From Vitrella brassicaformis CCMP3155 (taxonomy: Eukaryota; Protista; Chromerida): DNA of 64,000 nucleotides. Location: the NCBI GenBank assembly GCA_001179505.1, contig CDMY01000326.1, positions 55,752-119,751 on the forward strand, in the 5' to 3' direction. A program made the position numbers and the translations under genes. Below are positions 40,220 through 51,541 of the stretch, piece by piece. A model generated the notes under the pieces. That model saw nothing but the letters and a program-made list of their open reading frames with translations. It had not been told where the DNA came from and searched no databases. The stretch's first letter is position 1, and each line of letters opens with the position of its first letter.

Positions 40220-40730
40220 CGCCGGACGTAGTCGAAGTGGTGATTCTCGTAGTTCAATAGGATCATAGTCGATCGGTCATCAAAGGCACCAGACTGGCAG
40301 TCGAAGACGCCTGGCTGAGACCCACGCCCCACGAGCTCATACAAATAACTGGCGAGCCGCTTGTTCCCGGAATCGAGCACAATCACGACGCACTTAAGCC
40401 CGAGCGCATACAACGATGCCGCAACAACACCCTCATCTGGCCATGTTGGCGCTTGCAAGCCCCACCGGATCCACCACTCCTGTGCGACCATCCCTCGGAG
40501 CTGTGCGAGAGCATTCGGAAACATGTCCCTCAAGTACACCACCTCCTGACCTTGCGGGAGCTGTGCCGTGGCGAACTCTCTCTCCAACACCGATAAGATG
40601 TAACGCTTCAGCAGCAATGGGTCGCTCGTTGGGTGCACGCACCCGCTGCACGTGTCTTGTAGCTGCTGTGCTAGACAATGGAAGAAGCAGTGGTTGTCTT
40701 TCGGCTGCTCGATGACCATCAAAGGGATGC
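40220..40730 (-). other. OTU-like cysteine protease domain within the Helitron ORF
   Basis: IEQPKDNHCFFHCLAQQL matches the OTU DGNCxFxAL Cys motif; a W-rich middle segment (WWIRWG...WPDEG) and YENHHFDY match the HY/FD His motif. Confidence 0.7.
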
Positions 40731-41835
40731 GCAGCGAAGCGAGCTGCCTCGTCAAAGACCCTCCCGTCTCATCGAACGCTACCCCTCCCTCCACTGGCTG
40801 ACGAAGCACCTGCTGCACAGCAGCTCTCGCCTGCTCCAACTGCCGCCGCCGAGCCAGCTGCGGGCCGCTCGGCGCCCTCGAAGGGCGCCGCTTTCGCGCA
40901 TAAGGGTTGCCGCGAATTGCACGAATCAGTTGGTTTCGCCTCTTCCGCAACCCACGGGACGATCGCAGCCACACAATGTCCTGCAGCAGCCCAGTGGGTA
41001 TGTCCCGCAGCGAGTCATGAGAACGCACACCTGAAGCAGCACCATGAAGCAGTAAAGCAAATGAGTGCCGGCAAGACAAACACAGAAATGCAATGTCCCC
41101 CACTCCTTCATTTTCGTTTTCATTTGCATTCTCACCATCCAGGAAGCGTCAAAACGCCTTGGCATCGACACCCCCCCTCGAGTCAGCAGCGACTGATGCC
41201 ATGGAGGACACCCACTACCCTGCCAACGCTTACGTGCGTAACGTAGGAGTACCAAGGGCTTATCGCTAACAGCAGTAGGAAGCTCGACACCGTCCTCGAG
41301 ATGAACTGGCCCATCTGTACTCGTCCCTGCCACATACACACATACGCGCAGACAATGAAGAGAATGAGTGTCCCCTCCCCCCGACAGATACGCCGCGTAC
41401 GTTGTACGAACCTGGCCTGCCAGCGAACGACGCAGCACCTGCACATGTATAATTACAGCCTGCCACGCAGGTGAAGCCCTCGCGAGAGAGAGGGCGGCCT
41501 GCAGCCACACACAACAACGCACTCCGCGAGCACTGGCCATCCGTCCTGCGCCCATTACCATCTTCAGTTCCCAGCAGGACGCACACAACCACACAGAAGA
41601 GAAGTCCAAAGAAGGCACCCGTCCTCAGCATCATCACCCTTCACACCTCAGCAGGATCACTCGTTACGGTTGCCATTTATGCCTTTGTTGCCTCTACAGC
41701 TATGGCCCAAGGACGCCCCGAATGACCCAGATTCTGATCGAATTGCACTATGCTCGCGAGATACTGTGCCGCGCGACTCAAGAAGCAGACCGTTCGAACC
41801 ACCAGCAGGCGCTTGACATCGTGATGAAGCCGAAA

Positions 41836-41869
41836 AAGAAACCCTAAATGTGTACCTTTAGGGTTTCTT
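41836..41869. other. Perfect 13-bp inverted repeat (hairpin) built from telomere-type repeat, at the Helitron right boundary
   Basis: aagaaaccctaaa-tgtgtacc-tttagggtttctt, followed by CTAG|T at 41880-41884. Confidence 0.9.
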
Positions 41870-41912
41870 GCACGGTTAGCTAGTGGGGAGATCTGGGCCA
41901 ATGGGACGTTCA

Positions 41913-41932
41913 AACCCTAAATCCTAAACCCC
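41913..41932 (+). repeat. Short interstitial telomere-like (CCCTAAA) repeat
   Basis: aaaccctaaatcctaaaccc. Confidence 0.6.
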
Positions 41933-42097
41933 AACCGAGCTGCTTCTGGCTTCTCTGCGGCAACCTATAAAGACGTGCGCCGAGGTGGCGTTATCAACCT
42001 TATTACTGTGCCCGCTCCAGCTCGAGCTCCTCGGGATCCACGGCCGCCGGAGGCGGCCGGCACAATACTAGTCAACGGCAGAAAGGCAATCAAAGCG

Positions 42098-44242
42098 ATG
42101 AGCATCATGTCGGGCGCGTCCCTGTCGCCGCCCATGACGGGCTGTGAGGCGGCCGACAGGCTGATCCGCCGTGCCCGCAGGTCATTTGACGACATTGTGG
42201 CGGCCAAGGAGAGGGCCCAGGCGGACGTGGAGGCCATCGCCAATGAGATGTCCGCCATGGTGGCGGCCAAAGGCGGCGTGTGGCAGCTCACCGACACCGA
42301 GGGAGAGATCATGGTCAATGCCGGTAAAGACGGGACGGAACAGACAGGCAGAAATGGGCATATGTGTGTGGTGCAAATGTCCGTCACTCTCTCACTCTCT
42401 CTGTGTGTGTGTGTGTGTCTGACCAGGCGGTGTGGTCTTCCCAGTGAGTCGGCGCGCCCTGTTGATGCCCTTCATGAAGCGGCGATACATCTCAGTGCTG
42501 CTGATGCATCACGCGGGCGGCCTGCCCAAGGATCCCGACGGCCACCTCTACCTCGAGACGTCATCGGCATACTTCGAGGCCTTCTGGGACGAGCTGACCC
42601 TCTACCAGACTGGCCGTACCGACACCGTGACCCTGCCGGCATCCAAGGCGTCAGATCCCCTTTACAACGACTACCACGCCCTCTTCATGAGTGAGATCAG
42701 CTGCTACTCGGCCCCCCAGCAGACCTCCGCTGCAGCCACGGCCGCGCCGATGGAGGTCGACGGCCACACACCCGACACACAGCCGGCCGACACATCCGAT
42801 GAGATGCAGCAGCACATCCGTGAGTGTGAGGAGGCCCTCCGGGCCCATGGGGCCGCCATGGTGGGGCTGCGGGCGGTGCGCGATGACATCCAGCGGTTCC
42901 TGACGGCCATGGAGCCCTTCTTCGCCAGCCGACACGCCGAGGACAATGCCATTCTGAGCCTGACCATCCACAGCCGGAAGGTGTCGATCATGCGGAAGAG
43001 CCTGGAGCGGCTCGGCCACAACCACCCCCTGCTGACACGCTTCTCGACGTAAGAATGACACACAGACACAGAAAGAGGGGGACGAGGGGATGATGCGCAT
43101 TGGTGTTGGTGTCGGTTCTGATGGTGGTCAGGACGCCCCCCTGTTTTGCCGACCGTTCTGTGCGGCAGACGCCCACCAAGTGCTTCATGGCGGCGGTGGA
43201 GTTTGCGCGCTGCATCGCCACCATGCCCACCGAACGGCTTATCCGCCCGCCACTCGTCGAGGAGGGCGACAAGCGTCACTTCGTAGAGGACATCGTAAGT
43301 GAGACACACAGAGAGGGCGGCACACACAGGAAGGAGCTGCTGTGTTGGTCATGTGTCGTGTGTCAGGAGATGTATGGGTTGAAGTACCAGCCCCTCTGCA
43401 ATGGCGTGACGAGTGGCGACTTCGTCATCGAGACGGCCGAGGAGTGGGGCAAAGTCATCGACATGACCGGCAAACACTCACCCACAGCCACACTCATCTA
43501 CAAGTGAACCCGGCCAGAGGGAAAGAGACACACAGAGATCGTTGTGGTGCATGTTGATGTCAGGTCGAGTCGCGACACGCTTTCGTATGCCTCCCTCTTC
43601 AACAAGGTGGTGGGCAAGGGCGGCCTCCTGTTCGCCATCAAGCAGGGCGACACACATCGCTTCGGATGCTTCATCGACGGCGAGATCGAACCACCTGCTG
43701 ACCCCACAGAGACCAACCAGTACAGGGCGCCAGTCGTCTTCTTTTCGCTGTCGGGTGCGTACGAGACGCCCACGAAGATCGAGCTGCCGGAGGAGAGGCA
43801 GTGGGTGGAGGTGGCCGGCACACAGGGGGCGGTGGAGGACCCAAAGTGGCTGCCGCTTGCCAATGTGGCCATCGCCCGCGGTTACCTGTGCCTTGGCTTT
43901 GCCATGCCAGGTCCGGCGGCCGACCTCAGCCGCTGCTGTCAGTGGATTGAGGAGCAGCAGCTGCCGGCGGAGGGATACAGAGGGAATCGTAGATGGATGG
44001 CTAGCACGGACATTGATTCCCTCGACTATAATGGTGCGGTGGTCGGTTCCCTCGGCAGCAGTTTCGTTTTCACCTGCAGGGAGCTGGAGGTGTGGCACAT
44101 CACAGCGGTGAGTGGGAGGCAGCGAGGAACAAAAGCAGAGAGAGAGAGAGAGAGGCGGAAACAACAGTGCACTTCATTGACTTGCTGCATCCTCATGTGA
44201 TGCGTGTATGTCGCTGTGTGTGTGCAGGGGACCAGCTGCTGA
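42098..44242 (+). CDS. BTB-BTB-TLDc family copy 7 (subfamily C), apparently intact
   Basis: VNAG|GVVFPVSRRALL...YISVLLMHHAGGLPKD, LTIHSRKVSIMRKSL, VEFARCI, GLKYQPLC...LIYK|SSRDTLSY TLDc, last exon GTSC*. Confidence 0.88.
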
Positions 44243-45568
44243 CGCACGGCAGCGGAGGAAGACATGAGGCGGCGGGGTGGGGGTGTGGTGGGGAACAGGA
44301 GAGGGAGGGGGCGAGGGCCGCCCCTTTCCTTTGCCTGAAGTGCCTTATGCGCTGCTCTCACTCTTCTCATAGAGACCTATGTGCTACTTGGCCTTTATGC
44401 GGCTCTTGTGGTGGCGGTGCGGTGCTGGTAGATGGCTGATCGGTGCCCCACAGACCCCACTGTTTCTACGTTTACGCTTGTCTGTACACTGTAGCTGCTG
44501 CTTGATGTGGTGTCTGTGTGGTGCATGGTGTCATGTCGTCATCGATGGGGGGAGGGGCACATGTGTGTGTGTGGTGCGCCGTGCTGATGAACGGCTGGAT
44601 CACATTATGGGTGACATCAGCGGCTCCATATTTGTCTTTCTGCTTCCTGGGGATGGTCCACGTCGCTGTAATGACAGTCTGCAAGCCGGCGGATCGAGGA
44701 AGAAGTTTTCCTGTGTGACGTACGTGTGCAGACGTTTGTGTGTGTGTGTGTCCATATTGCATTGTGCACACAGCCAGAGAAGCAGACAGCCCCGCACTGT
44801 TCGTGATCAAACAAGCGATAGACACTGCGACACGCTGGTGTGCCGTTTCTTTGATGACGGACGATTCGCTGTTTGATGCGCTCGCCGTATGTACGCGATT
44901 GATTGGCGCCGTGCTGCGGTGCGATGTAACGTGCTCTTGTGTTCCATCGACAGACCGACCACGTGGCTGCCGTGGGGTGCATGTGTAGAGCGTGAACTGT
45001 TTTCATGCATGCCACGATGCAAGCAGGGCGGTCATCGTCTGTGTGCTGTCCGTGGACGGGGGGATTCAGGGAGCATCTGTGTGTGTGTCATTCGCTCCGC
45101 CTGTCTGTCTATGTGTCCATCGTGTGCACTGATCCTGGTCACTCCATCCATGAGGCTGCGTGAGTGAAGGAATGACTCCCTTCTGCACAAGTTGTTGACA
45201 TCGATCTGTGCAATGGATGCTTGTGCGAGCAGTGAGTGACTGCATCGGTCTGTTTTGTCTGTGTGTCTCCACAGAACGACCGGTACTGTACCTGCACCGT
45301 CCGTCCAGGCTGACGACTAGCAAACATTGAATACAGCGAAAAGCACCGCCTTTTATGAATCAAACAGCCGCCATTTCTCGAGAGGCACCCACCACACTGC
45401 TTGTGAGGATGCCGGCGGGTCCAACAGGCGGAAACCTGCCCGATCTCTCGGCGAGTGCCGGATCGCTGCACTTGAGGCTCGCATCTCGACGTATTCCTTC
45501 CGGTCATTCTGAACGGCTCGAGCGGCTCGTCTGTCGTCCTGCCTCCCCATCTCGCATCGCCGGCAAAC

Positions 45569-47396
45569 ATGAGAGGCGTCGATGCCGCCAAGCGGCTGGT
45601 GGCCGAGCTGGAGAAGCGGACTCTCATCGTCAACAGACTGATCACTGCCAGCGGAGGACAGCTGACGGTCACTGAGCCGCTGGATGGCGAGATCGAGATC
45701 AACGTGGGCGGGACGGTGCTGTGTGTGCCTCGCAAGCCGCTGCTGCTGCCCGGCGTGAGCGACTCGTTCATCGCCTATCTGCTGCTGCACCATCTGGATG
45801 GGCTGCCCAAGGACACAGACGGCCACCCGTTCCTCGACGCCGATCCAATCTATATGGACTGGTGAGCCAAGCGACACAGAGGGGAGGGAGGGAGGGCAGA
45901 CGAACTCACACAGAATAGTGTCTGTTGTGTTTCTTGTGTCAGGCTGTGCAACGAGGTGGCCAACGTCGGCGCCGCGGATGCGCAGGCCGAGACCCATGAG
46001 ATCAAGCTGACCGGTGACCACAGCACCGACAACGCGTCGCTCTTCTGGCACGAGATCTTCTTCGCTAACAAGATAGATCTCAACATCACGCGCCAGGACC
46101 GCCAAGATGCAGACATGGGCGAGGCATCAGCAGACGCCAGTACCCCTCTGGGCGCTCTCAATCGCAGCGCCGTGAGCGTCGAGAAGGCCCTGGACGACAT
46201 CAAGACGGCCGTGCGGCAGGTCATGGATGAGCATCAGCAGCTGCTCAAGTTCCACCGTGTGATGGGGCCGTTCCTCAAGTCGGCTGATGGCCAAGGCGAT
46301 GAGATCAAGGGCGTGCGTCTGATGGGCAAGACGGTGTCGACCACTGAGGCCACACTGACATTCATCGGCACTGACAAACGACTGTACACCACATTCGACA
46401 GGTGACACACAACGACGGGATGGCAAACACACGTCCAGGGGGGACATTCATCTCATTGGCCGCTTCTTGTGTGTTGCAGCACTGGGCCGGTAACGTGCAT
46501 CTCGCCCGCCCACTTCATGAAGGTCGTCGACTTCGCTCGCCGACAGCGAGTCGCATCCGTTGGCGACATCGTTAAGCCGCCCACGGCCCCAAATCAGCGG
46601 CAGCTCACCACCGACTGCTCCATGTACGGCCTCACCACGGAGAGTGTGAGCGGGCCCGTCCTCTGGGCCGACGAGATGCAGTGGATCATCGAGTTGACAA
46701 AGAAACGCAATGTCACGACCACACTGCTCTTCAAGTGAGTGGCAAAGGAAGGCGTGTGGGTGCGGGGGGCTGCATCGTGTGTGTGTGTTGATCAGGTCCA
46801 GTCGTGACACTTTTGGGTACCAGTCCTTCCTCAACAAGGTGACCGGCAAGAGCGGCCTGCTGTTCGCCCTCAGACATGGCGACACACACCGATTCGGCTG
46901 CTTCATCGACGGCCAGCTCAAGCCACCAAACGACCTTACACAGACGAGCGGCAAGTACGACGTGCCCCTCTTCTTCTACTCGCTCAGCGGCGCGTTCACT
47001 AAGCCCACCAAGATCGAGCTGCCGGGGCAGGGGCAGAAGGTTGAGGTGGCCGGCACACAGGGGGCGGTGAGGAGCAACAAGGGCCAGCCGATTGGCAAGG
47101 TGGCCATCGCTCGCGGCCGTCTTTGGCTGGGGTTTGCTCGGCCTGGTCCGGCGGCCGACCTCAGCAGCTGCCAGCAGTGGATCAGCAAGGATGACATTCC
47201 CAACGGATATGGCGGCGAGATCAATACGAAGGATGAGACCTTCCTACACCTAGCCAGTCGACCTGACTTGACGTGTGATGAGATGGAGGTGTATCACCTG
47301 CAGGTAAACCAGTGGGATGAAAAGGCAACCGAAACACAGCTACATGGGTGTGAATGCGTGTTCGTATGTGCCTCTCTGCAGGTCAACGGCGCATGA
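45569..47396 (+). CDS. BTB-BTB-TLDc family copy 8 (subfamily A2), apparently intact
   Basis: Exons ~45569-45862, 45943-46401, 46480-46735, 46796-47303, 47382-47396, all phase-compatible; TLDc ends FTCDEMEVYHLQ-like|VNGA*. Confidence 0.9.
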
Positions 47397-47760
47397 TCCG
47401 ACTGTTCATCGGATTCTGTGTCAAGCACGTCCGAGGCAAGCAGGCTGTCTGTCTCGCCCAATGCGTTTTTCCGGCTGTCTTTATTCGGTCCGTGTGCGTG
47501 TTTGTGTTTGTGGTGGATGTTTTCGTTGCATGTCTGAGTGCTGCCCTCGTGTGTACGATTGTGGCTTGTGGCCCTTCTATCGCCACGACAGACACAAAAG
47601 AGAGAGCGTTCTGATGTACAGACAGCAAGGGCCGGATGGCCGTGGTTGAGGTGGTGTGCATGTAACTGACACGTGTGTTTGACACGTGGGTGTCGCGTTA
47701 CGTGCCTTTGCACACCGGTCGGCCTGATTGTTCTTTCATGTGTAAAGGCAGCGCTGTCCG
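47335..47760 (+). repeat. Shared 3' flank repeated at ~50405-50830 and ~53465-53945
   Basis: gctacatgggtg...ctctctgcaggt(c/g)aacggcgcatgatccgactgttcatcggattctgtgtcaagca occurs in all three places. Confidence 0.9.
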
Positions 47761-48407
47761 ATGTTCTTCGCTGTGCCCATCACACAGTTCGTTTTGATGG
47801 GATCGCTGTCACTTTTTTTTCCAAGCCTTTGTTGTGAATGTGCGTGTATGTCCTGTATGCATCTACGCGCGCCCGGTTCTCGCCGACACTGTTGTGAAGT
47901 GGAGCATCAAGCCAGAGGCCGGTGAGACCACACTACACACACACATTTCTGAACCGAGAGAGTCGAACGCACTGCTGGCTTTGTTGTTGTCGCTCTCTGG
48001 GTGTATAGGTGAGCTGCAGGTAGTTTGTGCAGAGAGTTGAAGGGATCGTTGGAGCTTGACTGATGGCCGCTGTTGGGCAGCGTCACTGCACGAGCGGCGG
48101 TAGACGTATCGATGGCCGATCGGCAAGCCAGACGGACAGTGAGCAGCGGCCGCCAAGGCCGCGACAGCTTGCGTTGCATCTGTGTGACCGGTACATCGCA
48201 TTCGTGCGGCTAGCTATGCCAGTACATACAGTGACCATCCATCTCTATGTAATTCATCGTTTGGCAGATGAGCATGGCGCCAGCGAGCCGGCTGCTGGTC
48301 CTGCTGCTCGTGGCACATCATGGGCAAAGCGCCATTGCAGGTCCGCATCATGCAATCCGATCGCCAGCAAGCTTGCAAACCACCCTTCTCTTCATCGCGC
48401 CTTCCAG

Positions 48408-50466
48408 CATGTTTCAGCGACTCGCCATGATGCTGTCGGCCACTGGAGGCTCGAGGAGGCGAAGAAGCAGCGACCGCCAAGGCGGATCTGCCCCGGGAGC
48501 TGCTGCGTCATCTGCCGACTCATCTGAGTCAGTCACGCCATGTGAGCCGCAGCTGCAGAGCCTCACATGCGGTAGAGAGGAGGGAGATCTGGTGCTGAAG
48601 GAGGCTGCGGGATGCATCGACGACCTGAGGGAGATGGCCAAGACAGCGATGGGAGAGATGGAGCAGCTGGAGGATCAGATCAAGCAGCTGTTCGTCGCAA
48701 ATGGCGGCATCCTGCAGCCACGGCAGACAGAGGACCGCATTCGGCTCAATGTGGGCGGCACTGTCATGTCAATCCCCGTGTCGGCGCTTCTCCATCCCAA
48801 GATGAAGCAGACATACCTCTCGACGCTGCTTCTGCACTTCACCGACCAGCTGCCGAAGGACGCCAATCAGCTGCCATTCCTCGAGATGCACCCGCCCTAC
48901 TTCCGCTGGCTGCGTGACCAGCTGGCGCTGCTCGAGAGCCCCCACCTCGATGAGATCAGCCTGCACTCACCGGAGGCCGACGATCCCTCTCATGCCGAGT
49001 ACCACTCGCTGTTCATGCAGACGCTGGGCGGTGCCATCGAGATTGGGGAGCAGCCACAGTCAACTGGCACGGCGGCAGAGGGCGGCGGGGAGGGCGGCGC
49101 AGAGAGAGGCTTTCGGCAGATGGAGCAGTGCATGCGACGCTACGAGGGCCTGCTCGACGGGCTTCGCAAGCAGAAGGAGAAGATGGAGGCCTTCTTGGTG
49201 GCCATGGGGCCGTTCATCAAGGGTGACAGCAGCGATGAGGACACCCAGGTGATGACACTCAGTGTGTCTGATGAGGATGTGTCGGTCCTCCGCCGTACGA
49301 TGGCCCTTCTCGGGCCAGACCATGTGCTTGTGAAGCGGTTTGACCGGTGCGAAAGCGAAAGAGCAGCACAGAGGACGATGACACATTGCCTGTGTGGGTT
49401 TCAGGACTCAGTGGCCCGACCAGGAGGTGCGCCAGACGTCCCTCAGGTTGCTGCAGCTCGTCGTCGACTTTGCCCGCCGTTTTGCCATGCCGTCCGGCCG
49501 ATTTGTCCATCCGCCGGTGGTGGCGCCGCACGAGAAGGCCATCTTCGGTGTCGAGTTGGGAATGTACGGCCTCAGTTCGATGCCGCCGGTGCCGGGGGAC
49601 AGCACGATCATCAAGACGGCCGACGAGTGGCTGGCGGTGATGAAGATGGCCGACAAGAGGATCGCTGTCGCGCCGTCACTGCTGTACAAGTGAGCTCAGA
49701 CAGACATGCCGGGCACACAGAGATCGTTGTTGTGCGCTGATATCAGGTCGAGTCGTGACACGTTTGGATATCCGTCTTTCCTCAACAATGTGACCGGCAA
49801 GAGCGGCCTGCTGTTCGCCCTCCGAGATGGCGACACGCACCGATTCGGAGCCTTCATCGATGGCGAACTCAAGCCACCAGACGACCCCAAGCAGGGCAAC
49901 ATCTACAAGGTGCCCGTCTTCCTTTATTCCCTGTCGGGTGCGTACGAGACGCCGACCAAGATCGAGCTACCCAAGGACAAGCAGACGGTGGGGGTGGCCG
50001 GCACAGAGGGGGCGGCGAAGGACAAGAACGACGTGCCGCGTGCCAATGTGGCCATTGCCAACGGCAGCCTCTGGTTGGGCTTTGCCAATCCTGGTCCGGC
50101 GGCCGACCTCAGCAGCTGCCAGCAGTGGATAAGGAGGCAGCACCTAGCGAACGGATACAGCGGCGGGATCAACACGAAGGATGATGAGGGCTACCTCGCC
50201 AGGAAGCTCAACTTCACTGCGAGCGAGATCGAGGTTTGGCACGTGCAGGTAACTCAGGGATATGAAAGGCGTTGGGCACACCGACATGTATCAGACTGTG
50301 TGTCTATGTCTTCTGCAGGCACCTCGCCAGCACGCTCAGCTTCACGTGCGATGAGATGGAGGTGTATCACGTGCAGGTAACCCAGTGAGATGGAAGGGTA
50401 ACGAGCACAGCTACATGGGTGTGAATGCGTGTTGTATGTGCCTCTCTGCAGGTCAACGGCGCATGA
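48408..50466 (+). CDS. BTB-BTB-TLDc family copy 9 (B-type N-terminus, A2-type 3' end)
   Basis: MFQRLAMML...RLNVGGTVMSIPVSALL...FLEMHPPYFRW, RFDR|, QWPDQEVRQ...LLYK|SSRDTFGY TLDc; terminal exon VNGA*. Confidence 0.88.
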
Positions 50467-50998
50467 TCCGACTGTTCATCGGATTCTGTGTCAAGCAAGT
50501 GGGAGGCAGACTGTGTCTGTCTGTCTATCTGTCTCGCCCAATGCGTTTTTCCGGCTGTCTTTATTCGGCACGTGTGCGTGTATATGTTTGTGGTACGTGT
50601 CTTCGACGCATGTCTGAGTGCTGCCTTCGTGTGTACGATTGTGACCTGTGATCAGTCAGACACAAAAGAGAGAGCGTTCGATGCACACACAGGAAGGGCC
50701 GGATGGCCGTGGTTGAGGTCGTGTGCGTGTGGCTCACGTGCATGTCTGACACGTGTGTGTCGCGTCGCGTGCCTTTGCACGTGTTTCATATGCACTGGAC
50801 GCATCGACACAGAATAAAATGATGGGGTCCTGTCACTTTTTCTCGAGCTCCAGCCTTTGCTGCACATGTGCGTGTGTGTCTTGCATGATGAGGCGGGGAT
50901 GGATCCCTCCTCCCCGTGAGCCTGTTTGACTCTGCCTGCTCATGGGACACGAAGACGACACTGTTGTGAAGTGCATGCAAAGCGGTGTAACGCCCTTG

Positions 50999-51541
50999 AT
51001 GGACCCATGAATGCATTGCGCACTATCCATTTCCTGTGCTTCAGGTGATGTGAATCAATGACTCACGAGAACAGATCATCACCCTTGTGCTTCGCGTGTG
51101 TTCGTCTGTTGCAGGACCTGATCAAGAGAGATCCTGAAGCATACAGAGAAGAGCCAGTACAGACACCGACATTAACACACGCAGAGAGAGAGATGCACAT
51201 AAGAGAAATGTGTGTTTCGTGTGTTTGTGTGTGTAGGTATGAGTCGCAGGAGGCTCCACTTCTCGTCGAGTCTGTCCATTTTGCGGCTGAAGCCCAACAA
51301 ATATGACAAAGACTTCAACGAACTCACCATGCTCCTCACACACGTAACGTACACATGGCATACAGTACACCGTCACACGTCCCCTGTGTGTCTGTGGCAT
51401 GTGTTGGTGTGTGTGTGTAGGTGACGCCCTGCTACCAGAACCAGCAAAATCAGCAGCAGCAAAACACTGCCGCTGCGACGAACAGCAGTGCCGCCGGTAA
51501 GTCGTTGCGTGTCTGCCATGTGTACAGACAGGTGCAGCTGT
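50999..51541 (+). pseudogene. SDA1: SDA1 (60S ribosome biogenesis factor) N-terminal fragment, apparently frame-disrupted, truncated by gap
   Basis: FPVLQ|DLIKRDPEAYREE...SILRLKPNKYDKDFNELTMLLTH|VTPCY matches the SDA1 N-terminus (LPQLQNLIKRDPxxYxEEF...LxPxxxxKxxxELVxFxAxxxxCY). The putative ATG at 50999 and the intron at ~51157 are out of phase. Confidence 0.65.

Larger units (their letters stand above)
34410..41884 (-). mobile_element. Helitron-type rolling-circle transposon (decayed), with intron-containing RepHel gene and N-terminal OTU-like domain
   Basis: Rep motifs LPGSFVGSERYY...YGKPSWFIIITCNGNWPEI, VIEYQKRGLSHAH (HUH) and YM|YKYMYK. PIF1 motifs GGAGKTT, VIVWDEI, GGKVFVCAGDFRQLPLV and PPHTLQLKRG. 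Zn motif CPHCDALVW...FCC. Boundaries inferred from terminal hairpins. Confidence 0.93.

Noticed and set aside
41368-41847. Plus-strand ORF ending MKPKKKP inside the Helitron 5' region
   Set aside because: No domain signal; it overlaps probable upstream exons or UTR of the minus-strand RepHel gene.
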